Positions 51,530 to 64,000 of a stretch of DNA of 64,000 bases are shown piece by piece. Source of the DNA: Octopus vulgaris (Eukaryota). The notes under the pieces are model-generated. The model had not been told where the DNA came from. It ran no database searches and saw only the letters and a list, made by a program, of their open reading frames with translations. The stretch covers positions 10,912,001 through 10,976,000 of the forward strand of contig OX597818.1 in NCBI GenBank assembly GCA_951406725.2. Reading direction: 5' to 3'. The first letter of the stretch is position 1, and every line of letters starts with the position of its first letter. Made by a program: the position numbers and the translations under genes.

Positions 51530-51900
51530 ACCACCATTTAATGTCCATTTTCCATGTTGGCAAAGGTTGAACAGTTTGAGAGGGACTGGTAAGTGAGGGG
51601 ACTGCGCCAAGCTCTACTGTCAGATTTAGCATGATTTCTATAGCTGAATGCCTTTCCTTGTGTCAACTGTTTTACAGATTGTACTGAGTGCTTTCTTCAT
51701 GACAACCAACACTCACTGACAAGGTCCCCTAGTAATTTGCATGAGGACAGAAACCACTCAACTGAGAGCAGGGTCGTATTACAATTGGTGGCTTCATTCT
51801 AAATGATGAGAGGTTAGAGTATGACAGAGAAACAGAAACAGATGTTTTGCTGTAGAGGAAATACATGGCTACCCAAGTTGGGAGGAGGCAGGAGAGAGAT
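51530..51900 (-). mobile_element. RTE-type 3' end/3' UTR fragment
   Basis: CATTTAATGTCCATTTTCCATGTTGGCA..TTTCTATAGCTGAATGCCTTTCCT..GAGTGCTTT; extent approximate. Confidence 0.6.
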
Positions 51901-52577
51901 GGTGACAGTGAAGATGTGCCAAGGCATACCTTCAAGGTGCAAGGAAGTGAATATAAGTGGTGTGTGATACAGAGGATTGGATAGGCTGAGTGAGTAGAGA
52001 GTTCACAAGAGAGCAAAAGGAGAAAGGGAGAGAGGAGAGGAAAAGGGGAATGCAGTGAGTGAGTGAACACAGGTGTATGGAGGAGGGACAGAATAGCAGT
52101 GATGAAGTTTGCAAAGGGGAGGACAGGAGAGCAAAATGATTAGAGTGATGTTGGGTTACAACAACAGGGAAGTGGGAGGGGTGGGCATAGTGTATGAAGA
52201 GATGTAGTTTGGGTCATTGGGGGTGGGGTGGGTGGGGGGTCAAAGGATTACTGTAATGTGTCTGTGGAGAATGCAAAATACTCAGCACTGTCAGAAATCA
52301 GTTTCATTGAAATGGGCAGGTCTTTTGAAGAACCTCATATTGCCAGCCGTCTTAATCCCTTGTCATCTCCCATGAGGCTCAACATCCTGCATGTTCCTTG
52401 TTTACTCAGGGCACTCCTATGAAATATCTACAAACATCTCCTGCATACCAGAGCATGTCTATTTTCCTGATGGCATCAAGGGTCTTGTCCCCTTCCTATT
52501 TTATAACTTTTGTTTTTTTAAAGTTTATTTTAAGATCCTTCAATTCCAGGTTGGACTTCCATGTCTGGAATTTCTGT

Positions 52578-52798
52578 TTGACCTTTTATCATTCAAATTA
52601 CTCTGAATGCATATTTATTATAATTAATTCTTTTGAATTAATTATGCATTATCTCGTAGCTTCAAGATTTTGATGATGTGATAATTTATTTTCAAGATGA
52701 CACTGCAGGATAGGTGTGAGAGACCAGATCTGGTCACTCTGAACATAAAATGAAAAATATTTTGGCTGGATATGGTCAGTTTAAATGCACAAGGTTTA
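52578..52798. mobile_element. TTAA-type MITE, second family, copy 2
   Basis: Colinear with 41201-41439. Confidence 0.65.
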
Positions 52799-52809
52799 TA
52801 TACTTTTAT

Positions 52810-52878
52810 AGATTCAGCTATTAGAACTAAGTCATCGGCATACAGGAGTTCCCAAGGAAAGCAGGTCCTAAATTTCTA
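52810..52878 (-). mobile_element. Isolated RTE RT catalytic-core fragment
   Basis: KFRTCFPWELLYADDLVLIAES vs EFKTGCPWELLYADDLALIAES at 7975-8041. Confidence 0.8.
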
Positions 52879-53220
52879 TATTACAAGAGTAACTGTATTA
52901 TACATTATAAAGTCTCAAATATGCAATATCTTGAGTTGAAGAATTTTGTTTGACTGAAATTATTTGTACAATTAACAGGTAAAATATCCCTCTATGGTTG
53001 TTTCTGGTTTAAAAACAAGCAATGGAAATTACTCCATTAGCATTAAATAATCCAGACTTTTTAGAAAATAAGGACTATACACTTAAGAACTTGTCTTTAA
53101 AGCCCAATGATGAAAGCAAGCTTTGGTCTAGTTTGTTGAAGTATGTATAGAAAAGAGGGAAAGTAATAATGGAAATTATGAATAGTCTTAGTAAAAATAT
53201 ACTTCATGGAATATTCTGTA

Positions 53221-53600
53221 CGGGAGTGGCTGTGTGGTAAGTAGCATGCTTACCAACCACATGGTTCTGGGTTCAGTCCCACTGTTTGGCAAGTGTCTTC
53301 TACTATAGCCTCAGGCCGACCAGAGCCTTGTGAATGGATTTGGTAGATGGAAACTGAAAGAAGCTCTTTGTATATATGTATGCATGTGTGTGTTTGTGTG
53401 TCTGTGTTTGTACCCCCACCATCGCTTGACAGCAGATGTTGGTATGTTTACATCTCTGTAACGTAGTCGTTTGGCAAAAGAGACCAATAGAATAAGTACT
53501 AGGTTTACAAAGAACAAGTCCTGGGTTTTATTTATTCGACTAAAGGCGGTGCTCCAGCATGGCTGCAGTCAAATGACTGAAACAAATAAAAGAATAAAGA
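53221..53600 (+). mobile_element. SINE family A, full length
   Basis: GGAGTGGCTGTGTGGTAAGTAGC..CTAAAGGCGGTGCTCCAGCATGG..GAAACAAATAAAAG. Confidence 0.9.
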
Positions 53601-54534
53601 ATCAAATGTACTACATAACTTAGGGTCTCATATATGTAATGAATATAATGAGTTGAAAAACTGAGATCATTACATTTGGAAAACTGAGTTTGTGGTGGTG
53701 GTATGTGTGTAAAGGGTGGTAGAGAGGAAGCTTTCTTAATCTTTAATGCAAGAAGCTTCCAGTAAAAGAGCATGAAGTGGAATGGAAAAAAATAGAGCCG
53801 GGAGGACAAGGGAATGGCGATGATGTTTGTGTTAAGAGGAATGTTGAACAAGGATGCAGAGTGGGTGGGCTGGCCTGAAGCAAGTGGGGTGCTGGCTGAG
53901 CCTTCTCAAGGAGGGCTAGATATTAAAAAAATAAATAAATATATGTAATTAAAAAAAGATGAAATAAAAAATGAAAAGTATCAGAAAAAACACCAGTGGT
54001 AGTGGTGGTAACTAAGGAGAGGTGTTGATGATGGTGGGGTAATGACAGTGGAGGAGTGCCAGGGGGAGTGGTGGTGGTGGTGGTTGTAGGAAGGTGATGA
54101 CAGTTGTGGTGGTAGTGTTAGGGACAGTCGGGTGTGATGGTCCTGTCTAGTGATGGTAGCAGCACCAGTGGTAGTAATGATGATTATTGGTGGTGGTTGT
54201 GGTGGTAGTCTTGTTATAAAGAAAATAGAAATGAAGAGGCTGGAAACTGTTTTCTCTAGCACAAGCATGAAGGATTTGTGTATGCAATGAAGGGAGGTGG
54301 GGGTGGAAGAGGAGACAGGGAGAAGAGAACAGTGCTGGAGGAGGAGGTAGTGGTGGTGGTGGTTGTAGTAGCAGTAGTAGTGGTGATTGATGGGTGGGGA
54401 AGAAGTTGGGTAGGCGACAAATTGTTCTCCCAGAAATTTTTCTGACTGACTGAAAGTAGGAAGTGCAAAGGTTTGCAAAAACACTCTTGACTATTGACCA
54501 GAAGGGACAGCTGCTACTTAAAGAAATGAATGAA

Positions 54535-54601
<67 letters not shown>

Positions 54602-54834
54602 TAACAACCAGGAGTCAATTTTTGGCAGAATTATACCTAATAGGAATATAAGTGCCCGCATAAACATGATAAATATACATACACATTCATGTACACACAC
54701 ACACATTCATACATACCCAAATAAGCAGGTATATGTGTCTGTGAGTTATTTATGTTCGTTAATGGGGTGTAAATTGTGTACTTAATAATATGGCTATACG
54801 ATAATTTCTAGGCTAGGTTTTTCTACACATAAAT

Positions 54835-54887
<53 letters not shown>

Positions 54888-54968
54888 ATATACATTGCTG
54901 TACACTCTGATATCATTCAGATCATGAAAGAATGAAAGCTTCTTATACAAATAGACATAACCATTCAT

Positions 54969-55019
<51 letters not shown>

Positions 55020-55977
55020 ACCACACACATATATATAACCATGTGGGTGTGAACATAACCGTTCAACCCCCCCACACACACACACACAAAAGCATATATT
55101 TACATATGTACATGTGTCAATATATGTCTATATGCATTCATATATATTTTAAAATATATGAAGATTTGTATTTTGATCATGCAGTTTCCTTCCCCCACCC
55201 CCACCTCACCCCCACTTCTTTTGTCTTTTGCGGAATTCTATATAAAATCTCAGTGCTGTCAACTGGTGTTTTGCAATTCAGTTATATTTGGTGCATTGTA
55301 TTATAACGAGTTGTGGATATCTCTCCTTGTTGCAAACACATGATGATCAACTGATGAAAAATTGCTGTACTTGTATGTCCTCATCAATAAGAAGCCATAA
55401 CCTAACCAAATCACATGACATAGTTAAGAGAAACATAATATACAAATTTCAATGTAAAATATTGAGGCTTTTTCTTTTGTTGTTTTTGCTTTTTCTGCTT
55501 TCATAGATTCCCATGATCCTTTGGTCACCATCCAATTCCATTATTATGAATTTGAATTGAGAGCTTGAGTCATAGTGAATCTTTCATTAACTTTTTACAC
55601 AACCATGGAAACCACACTTATGGATGCATTGCAGTTACTTTCTCGATAGATCTCAGTGATCCTGACTATTGATCTTCTAGGATTCCTCCACTCAGTATCA
55701 ATGTAAGAAACACCATTGGCTCTTTTGAGCTCTTCCACGACCTCTTCGCAATCCGCCATGCTACAGTCATATGAGTTCACTGTATCTCTGGCAGGGTCAC
55801 TGAATGGGTATTATGCCTTGCCAAAGGGTAGTCCACAACTATGCAGGTATTTTCAAAGTTTACATAGAAGGTGTAAACTTCATAATTCAAACTGTTACAT
55901 GGGACACATGAGTTATGATTCTTTCTCATGAGTTGAACATGCATTTACATTGAGAAGCCATCACAGATCATTACATT

Positions 55978-56262
55978 CCATCATCATTGTTTTCCATGCT
56001 GGCATGGGTTGGATGGTTTGACTGAAAACTGGTAAGCTGGGGAGCTGCACCAGGTTCCAATCTGATTTGACTTGGTTTCTACAACTGGATGTCCTTCCTA
56101 ATGCCAACCACTCCAAGAGTGTAGTGGGTGCTTTTTACATGCCACCAATATGGATGCCAGTTATGTAGCACTGGCATTAACCACAACTATGAGCTCACTT
56201 GGCTTGACAGGTCTTTTCAAGCACAGTATATTGCCTAAGGTCTTGGTCATTTGTCATTGCCT
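55978..56262 (-). mobile_element. RTE 3' UTR fragment
   Basis: TTTTCCATGCTGGCATGGGTTGGA..CCTTCCTAATGCCAACCACTCC..GGGTGCTTTTTACATGCCACC..CACTTGGCTTGACAGGTCTT. Confidence 0.8.
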
Positions 56263-56459
56263 CCATTATAGTACACAAAATAAAGGGAATAGAAATACAT
56301 AAGTTGATAACGCTACCATTCTGTACATTAACTTTAGCAAAAAAGATAAGAGGAATAATTATGAAAGTTCTACTAATAGCAAAATACTAACCTAAATTTA
56401 AAGATACAAGCACACCAAATGTAAAATAGATCATGAAATATCCCAGGACTTACCATTTT

Positions 56460-56898
56460 CTTTTCATCTTTTACTTGTTTCAGTCTTTAGACTGTAGTCA
56501 TGCTGTGGCACCACCTTGAAGGATTTTTGTTTAATGAATTGATGCCAGTGATTATTTAAAAAAATGTTTTTATGCCTATCAATCTCTTTTACCAAACTGC
56601 TAAGTTACAGTGATATAAACACACCATCACTGGTTTTCAAGCAGTGAAGGAAGACAAACACAGACACAAAGATATCTATCCATTCAGCTATCTGTCTCTC
56701 TGTCTATCTATCTATCTATACACACACACACATACATATAATGGGCCTCTTTCAGTTACCATTTACCAAATCCACTTACAAGGCTTTGCTTAACCCAAAG
56801 TTATTGTTAGAAGATACTTGCCCCAGATGCCACACTTTGGGACTGAGCTTATAACCATGTGGTCGGGAAGCAAACTTAACATACAGCCAAACCTATGC
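56460..56898 (-). mobile_element. SINE family A, full length
   Basis: Reverse complement of the family A consensus from tail (TCTTTTACTTGTTTCAGTC) to head (GGGACTGAGC..AACCATGTGG). Confidence 0.85.
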
Positions 56899-58138
56899 CT
56901 AGAAGTAAAGTTTAAAAGGTTTTTTTTTTAATTGTATAATTTTTAAACATAACATTGAGATTTTATTGGTTATAAAAGTATTCCAATGATCTTTTGACCT
57001 ACTGCAAAGTGCTTGAACTGCACACCATTATTACTATCACATTATTCTGAGGATGGGCAGCGAATGTCTTGAAATGTTAATGGACTAATGGATTTAGAAA
57101 CACCATTGTTCCAAATAAAAGATAAGTGACTAATAAGAAAAATGAAAAATCTTTAGTAAAAAAAGACCAAGCTTGTACTTTGACCAACCTTTAAAATACA
57201 CACACACACATATTAAGACACTTGCTTAATATACTGTACAAGAAGATTGATCCTAAGACCACATGGTTGTGAAATGAACTACATAACCACACAGCCATGC
57301 CTGTACCTATATTTCTAACAGAGCATCCACGTTTAAGCAGAGATAAATATTACTTCTCAGTAATAATATTTCCTCTATCACTGATATACATTTTTTTTAA
57401 CAAGTTCACTGGCTAATCATGACACCAGTGCTTGTTTTGGCTCTGTTATTCTATGTACTGCTTCAGGAAGATGAATTGCTGCTATCTCTAGTGGTTAAGT
57501 GTTCATCATTGACAAGACCGAGGACAGTTGAAATCACATGATCTGGTGGTCTCAGTGCTGGAGATAGCAGGGATTTATCTCCCCACTAGCAATAATAACA
57601 AGAATGCATTTTGCACCAGAAGCCAATATGAGAGTTTCTCTCATGGTAACTACCACTGTGAGATATTGTTTTACAGCCAGATGCTCTTTTTATTGCTAAC
57701 CATTGCCCGTTTTTCAAGGATAGTGCAGAGCCAGTAGAAAACTTATTGGCAGGGGAAGTATGACGAGGTTCTCACCTTGTTTTGTTGCTCACTGCTTTAT
57801 CATTTGAAGCTTGCAGAATGCAAAAATTTGTAGACATGCACATACAAATACATGCACCAAATTCATTCACAAGGCTTTGGTTAGATGCTTTCCCAGTGTG
57901 CCACATATTGGGACTGAACCTGAAACCACATAGCTTAGAAGTGATCTTTTTAACCACATAGTGATGTCCACACACACACATAAAGCAGTTTGATGCACAT
58001 TGAGTAAAATTTGGCTGCTATTTTTATCAAGTCTGAAGGGTTTGTTATAAGAGTGTATATGAATAATACTTGGAATTTGTTGAAATGTTTAACCGTGTAT
58101 GAAGTAAGTACTAAAAGTTAAGAGAAATTTAGTAAATT

Positions 58139-58200
58139 GTAAACTAGTAATCTGATTTAGTAAACTAGTAATCTGATTTAGTAAACTAGTAATCTGATTA
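58139..58200. repeat. Three-copy 21-bp tandem repeat
   Basis: GTAAACTAGTAATCTGATTTA x3, no spacers. Confidence 0.92.
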
Positions 58201-58956
58201 AAATAAAAAAAACATAAGAAACTATCCATTGAAGTTTTTTCTTCAATAACATAAGCTGGCTTCCTTTCAATTTCTGTTCATAGTCTACAAATAGAAGCTG
58301 CATGAAAAAGCATGTCTAATGTTTGTTACAAGTCACAATTACTGAAACATGGAATTTTGCTTTAAATGGAAAACCCCTCGAGCAAAACATTGTATACCAA
58401 TGCGTGTCTCCAGCTCTGCATATCATGCATGCAAAGCTGTCACTTGTAGGTGACTATGATATTGTTACACAACTCATGATTTCACTAAATTCTTTTTGGT
58501 GCCTATATAGTTGCAAGCAGCCGTAGGCTTCCTCTCCTACCTTTGACCTAGCAGAACATCCAGGAGGAGACAGACTTGGGGGAGGAAAGGGCTACACCAG
58601 CACTGGGCTGGTACTCATTTTCAGCTAACTAAACTGGAGCAATATGAAATAAAGTGCCTTGCTCAAGGAGACAATATGCCATCCTATCCAGGAATCAAAT
58701 CCATGACTTTATTGCGAATTCAACATCCTAACAACCAAATCATGTGTCTCCTATGGCTTACAGAACACTGCTTCAAAGGTTGTCTCATGCAGCTTAACAG
58801 CTCATTTCATTTTTATCTCCTGGAAAGCAACACAGAAAGCTCATTAGAAAATTGAGAGGCAAATGAGAGACCAGCAATATTTCATGAATAGTGTTGGGTA
58901 AGGTACAGGCATTTGACAATGTAACCCCTCCTTCACAAAGAAACTTTAGATCACAA

Positions 58957-59315
58957 TTTTTGTCTTTGGGTAGCAACTGTCATTTCCTATTTGCTTACTC
59001 CTGGAAAGTATGAAATAGAGCTAATATTTCCTTCATACTTTGCTTTCTTCAAACTTGTCTCCACTTGGACAGCTAGAAGTAAACTTAACTTTTAGAAACT
59101 TCTCAAAAGTTCTTGAAGCTTCTAGAAAGTTCTAGAAAATTCTGATTCAGCAGCACAGTGCTGAATTTATCTGAAATGTAATGGAAAATAGGTCAGTTTC
59201 AAAACACTGATGTCCAGGTCACAAAAGCAAAGTTTGAAGGGAATGGTAGTCATTTTCTTTGATCTAGATTGAAACAAATAGGAAATAACACTTACTGACC
59301 AAAGATAAGACAAAA
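58957..59315. mobile_element. MITE copy 2 (inverted relative to 17966-18360)
   Basis: TTGTCTCCACTTGGACAGCTAGAAGTAAA and CAAAAGCAAAGTTTGAAGGGAAT are reverse complements of copy 1. Confidence 0.8.
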
Positions 59316-59638
59316 TTTTTTAAAAATCATTACACAGAGTTACTAAAAAGAATGTACTAATTTCATTGTGCTAAGATATTCCCCAAATTTTCCTAGAGAA
59401 TTTTTTAAGAAGATAGCTGTGATGCATGACTGATGACAATTGATGATCTCTGCTTTCACCACCTTGAACCATCTTATTACTATCTGACTTGCTGACACAC
59501 ACACCCAGCTACTTGAATGAAACCATAATTTGGGCATATGTAATCCTTGTTCATCTCACACAATACTACACACTTCCAACATTAACTTATATCCAATACT
59601 TTAACTTGCACTGCAGTATAAACAGAAACTAAATATAA

Positions 59639-59672
<34 letters not shown>

Positions 59673-60196
59673 CGTGTGTATTTACATAAAGACACATACA
59701 GGGAGACAGAGAGGAGAGGGAAAGAGAGAGTGAATGATATTGACACCTCTGTAGACTGTAACTGGTGCAATATAGGAAAAAGATTGACTTTTAGAATTAT
59801 GAACACCAGAGTGATTCCTTGAAATTTTCAGATGTCAGGAATTTCACTCTAAGAGAAGTCCCTAAACATTGCACAGATGGTTGATATATTTAAGCTAGGC
59901 TTAACTTTATATGTTGCAGAAGGGAGGAGGGAGTGTGTTTGTCACAGGGGATAGGAAAGAGGATATTATACTCACTTCCTTTCTTTTACCATAACAAGGA
60001 CCACCACCACCACCACCACCACCACCACCACCACCACCACCACCATTACTACTATCATCATCATTGAAGTAATAATAAGGAAGCAGGATAGAAATAGCAG
60101 TCAGATCTTCCTCAAATGACACTTTATTGTCTTATCTTGAAAAAGGAGGGATACATTTGATAATATAATCCTAGATACACAATGCATGCTCTAAGA

Positions 60197-60535
60197 TAGT
60201 GGTCTCAACCAGAGTCCGTATGATCCCTGGGGTCCATATAAAATTTTGGGGGTCCATGCAAGCGAAATATTAAATTGGGAATTCACAGTAGTGTTTTAAG
60301 GGTCCATGAAAAAACTTTGCTTTGGACGTATTTATTGCAAGGAACAGCTCAATTTCTTTCTTTAATATTTTACAGAGTTCAAGCTACAAGAGTGAATGTT
60401 TGATAAACAAAATAGGAATTTTGAAAGAGGTGTCTATAAAACTAATTTTTAAACATCAAATGGCTATGGGGGTCCACTAGAATAAAATAGAAATGAAAGA
60501 GGTCCTTAGATAAAAGAAATGATTGGGAACCACTG
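60197..60535 (+). mobile_element. hAT (Charlie-like) MITE
   Basis: Ends TAGTGGTCTCAACC / GATTGGGAACCACTG, subterminal GGGGTCCA repeats, 8-bp TSD CTCTAAGA / TTCTTAGA. Confidence 0.8.
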
Positions 60536-61594
60536 TTCTTAGAGAAAGACTTGATGGTTACAGTTGAAACACCTTTGATCATTAGTCTTTTTGATGAGAA
60601 GTTGAGCTGTTACTAAGCAACAACAAATGTCATTATCATCTTGATAAACATCATCAGCATATATATTATAGCCATCATCATGGGCTTGTTAACTTTTTTA
60701 CAATTACTGTTCATTTTGCTGAATAAAGTAACCACGTTTCTTTCAACCAGGTTTGAAATTAGGAGTTGAGGAGAATTTGCATCCAATAAATATCTGGATG
60801 CTATGATCAAAATAAATACAAGAAACTTTTGTTGGAACTACAATGATAATAAATTTTATTGACTTGAATTATTATGTATGCTTAATAATAATAAAATTAT
60901 CATTATCAGTTGCATTCAATAAAATTGTTATTGCATTTAGAATGAACATTTTTATTGAGAAAATACTTAACCCACAAATCTTGCAATCCTGAGATTAAAA
61001 GCTTCATGTTATATTACCTGAGCTAGCTAAACTGACTATTTATGATATACTTAATTTAAGCATTGACATATTTCATGCAAGAGAGAAAAAGTGAGTAAGC
61101 TATCTAGAAGTAATTATACAGTTAGGAGAAAATGATATTCAATAAGTAAGGTTTTTTTCATTTCTCTTTCAAATATGGGAGACAATGCAGATTACTACTG
61201 CTATCTGTTACTAAGCTTCAAAGTCTTTTTAGACAATTGATAAAGGTTATTTATAAAAAAAAAATTTTTTTTTTCTTTAGTGAGTAATGGCAATTTATCA
61301 AGTCAGATCAGAAAAATTTGCTTACAGAGTTTCTACACACATTACTTAATCTGCTAATAATAGCAGTTAAATTCCTGTTAATTTCATCATGTAGTCTTAA
61401 ATGGATAGATATTGAATATTACTGTTCTAAATAAAACTAAACATCAGATATAAGTTGTGTTCGGAATGTTTTTTGATCATTCATAATTCCATTCTATTAG
61501 ATCTGACTTAAAGAACATCAAAGACAAAAAAGAACCCAAACAACAATAATAATGATGATGATGATGATGGCAGTGGTGGTGCAGCCAGTGGTTG

Positions 61595-61792
61595 GGGCGG
61601 CATAAGGCCAGCTATTTTGTGGGAAGAGATACGTTTATTACATTGACCCCAGTGCTCAACTGATATTTATTTTATTGACCCGGAAAGGATGAAAGACAAA
61701 GTCGAACTTAGCTGAATTTGAACTCAGAATGTAAAACCAGACGAAATGCTGCTAAGCATTTTGCTAATGGTTCTACCATGCTTACTGCCTTA
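61595..61792 (-). mobile_element. SINE family B copy
   Basis: ATTGACCCCAGTGCTCAACTG..GAAAGGATGAAAGACAAAGTCGA..GAATTTGAACTCAGAA. Confidence 0.8.
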
Positions 61793-61799
61793 ATACTAC

Positions 61800-62400
61800 T
61801 ACTACTACTACTACTAATAATAATAATAATAATGATAAATACCCTGATGCAATACCAGGCTGTTGTTCTCATGGCTACTGATCTTAACTGATTGGAAGAG
61901 TTAATATGTACATGATTTGTCTTGGTGTAAAAAATGCACTACAGCAAATAGTCTGTTCAAAACCACAGATTTGCTTGTCAGTTGCTTGACCTTAAGCAGT
62001 TAAGCATGTCCCTTAGTGGGCAGCGATATGTGCATCTCTGATCATGAGAGTGAAAGGGCTCTCTTAAATATTATGCAGGGTATTGTTCTCCCAACTACAT
62101 CCAGTATTTCTGAGTTCTCTAAAGCATACATAAAATGCAAGGATTCTTTCAAGCTTACTTAGAAATCAAGATCCCATCAAACACACCCAAAGTTCATGAG
62201 ATTTCCAAGCACATCCATTGTGTAGTTTTCCAAAGCTTACCTTGATTGCAGATATTCTCGAAAGCATGTCCGGAGTTAAAGTGTTCTAGCAAATGTTTTC
62301 AGGATGGAATGGCTCCGTCAAGCACTTCCAGAATGAAGAATCCCTGGGGCTGTTCTAAGCATTTTATTGTCTTAGTGCTACTATTACTAGTTTACTGTTA
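61800..62400 (-). mobile_element. Probable 3' portion of a REL-endonuclease (R4/Dong/NeSL-like) LINE with (TAT)n tail
   Basis: Simple-repeat tail at 61795-61835, UTR-like block, and minus-strand traces FFILEV and YTMDVLG; heavily decayed. Confidence 0.35.
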
Positions 62401-62624
62401 TGTTGACAACAATCTCTCTCTCTCTCTCTCTCACCCCCAACTGAGATATTAGAGTCTTCATTCTTCAGCAATTTGAACTTATGAATAGAAATCTTCTGGG
62501 TAATTCTCCTGTGGATTAATTGTTGCCAACACAGTTCATTGCTAGATAACTTGGATTCTGGATTTAATTCTGATTTTAACTACAAGAGACAGCTGTAACA
62601 ATAGCAACAACAATGATAATAATA

Positions 62625-63277
62625 GTTGTTTCTAACAAAGGCACAAATTTAGGGCAGAGGAACAGCCAGCTACATTGAATTGATTGGAATTTCATTTTAT
62701 CAACTTTGGAGAGTTGAACAGTAAAGTTGACCTTGAAGCAATTTGAAATAAGTATTTAACAAGTCATAACTAAATATTGCAAAACAGTTTATCCAATGCT
62801 CTAAGGAAGCCTTACAGTTCCTTCATAATGATCATTTCAAATTTTGGCACAAGACAACAAGTTCAGGGGAGGGGTAAGTCAATTACATCAACCCCCAGTG
62901 CTCAAATGGTACTTATTTTATTGACCCTGAAAGGAAGAAAGAGAAAGTTGAACTTAGCTGAATTTGAACTCAGAACAAAGATGGATGAAATGTTACTAAG
63001 CAATTTGCTCAGCATGCTAATGATTCTGCTAGCTCACAGCATCAATAATAATAACAATAATCCATTCTACTAATAGGCAAGAGGCCTGAAATTGGGGAGG
63101 GGACTAGTTGAAAACATCCGTCCCCCTCATACTCATCTGGTACTTATCTTATCAACCTCGTAAGAATGAAAGACAAAGTCGACCATGGTGGAATTTGAAC
63201 TCGGGACGTAGTGACAGATGAAATACCACCAAGCATTATGCTGGACATGCTAACAATACTGCCAGTTTGCCACTTTA
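62625..63277 (-). mobile_element. Three consecutive SINE family B copies (~62625-62800, 62835-63035, 63063-63277)
   Basis: Each has the GGCAC/AAG tail and the AAAGTYGAC..AATTTGAA core. Confidence 0.8.
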
Positions 63278-63862
63278 ATAATAATAATAATAATAATAAT
63301 CACTATGATCATGTTGAAATTCATTCATTCAAGATTTGATTTTCCACATTTCCAACACATTTCCTATTTAATCATGGCTGGTTTGGTTGGTGATGGCGGT
63401 GATCTTGAAACTTTATCTTCTGGAGAAGGAGAGAGTAATGCTAACTAGGGTGTCATTGTTATCACCTTGTTACTAAAGGTTGGTGAGATTTGATTTCTTT
63501 AGTAGATATTGTGAAATATCAAGTTCTTTTGTATTGGGGTCAGTTTCTGATTCTAACCTTAATGTCCCCTTTCTGTTCTGGTGTCATAATAGTCACACAA
63601 AAAGGAAATATATTAACAATGACAACAACAACAACAACAACAGTAACAATACCATAAAAGAGTGATTAATGATGCTGACACTCCTTACTCCATGTGAATA
63701 AGTAATATTGGGTTTCAGTTTAGACATACAGCTGTAAACTCCAAAGCCCTTAGAAAAGAAATTCCTTATTTGAATGGGAAAAGTTATGTCCTGTCATCAA
63801 AAAAACTTGTATGCACGTGTGTATATATGCATGTTAATTTTCATGGAGTGACACTGTGAGTG

Positions 63863-63896
<34 letters not shown>

Positions 63897-63914
63897 ATAT
63901 AGAATTGTACATCT

Positions 63915-64000
63915 ATCTTTTATCTTTTACTTGTTTCAGTTATTAGACTGTGGCCATGCTGGGGCAATGCCTTAAGTTTTTCCCGAACCAATTGAACCCA
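63915..64000 (-). mobile_element. SINE family A tail, cut by the window edge
   Basis: TCTTTTACTTGTTTCAGTTATTAGACTGTGGCCATGCTGGGGCA. Confidence 0.8.

Noticed and set aside
58139-58200. CRISPR-like direct repeats
   Set aside because: Head-to-tail 21-mers without spacers.
61265-61360. Plus-strand acceptor TTTTTTTTCTTTAG as exon 2 of the host gene
   Set aside because: The phase-1 frame stops after about 25 codons, there is no suitable donor, and the peptide is unrecognisable.

Overview
AT-rich, microsatellite-rich animal genomic DNA. The repeat families point to an octopod cephalopod (inference). There is no prokaryotic operon, CRISPR array or intact host gene. The only convincing host coding sequence is a plus-strand exon (489-616) encoding a probable signal peptide (MRTSTWLLCGSIMIGLFVQISS) with a phase-1 donor, and the remaining ~63 kb looks like one very large intron. 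It holds a young 5'-truncated RTE LINE (6652-9595) with a PHD finger inside its RT region, inserted into an old Penelope-like element. It also holds three decayed Tc1/mariner elements, hAT-, piggyBac- and mariner-like MITEs, CR1, R4/Dong and RTE fragments, and dozens of copies of three tRNA-headed SINE families (called A, B, C here). The most notable non-routine signals are a repeated hairpin+pseudoknot module in the RTE 3' UTR, a pre-miRNA-sized G.U-biased hairpin (25006-25078), a decayed minimal hammerhead motif (57042-57083) and a templated insertion with microhomology junctions (27119-27389). All calls were made by eye; boundaries of old repeats are approximate.
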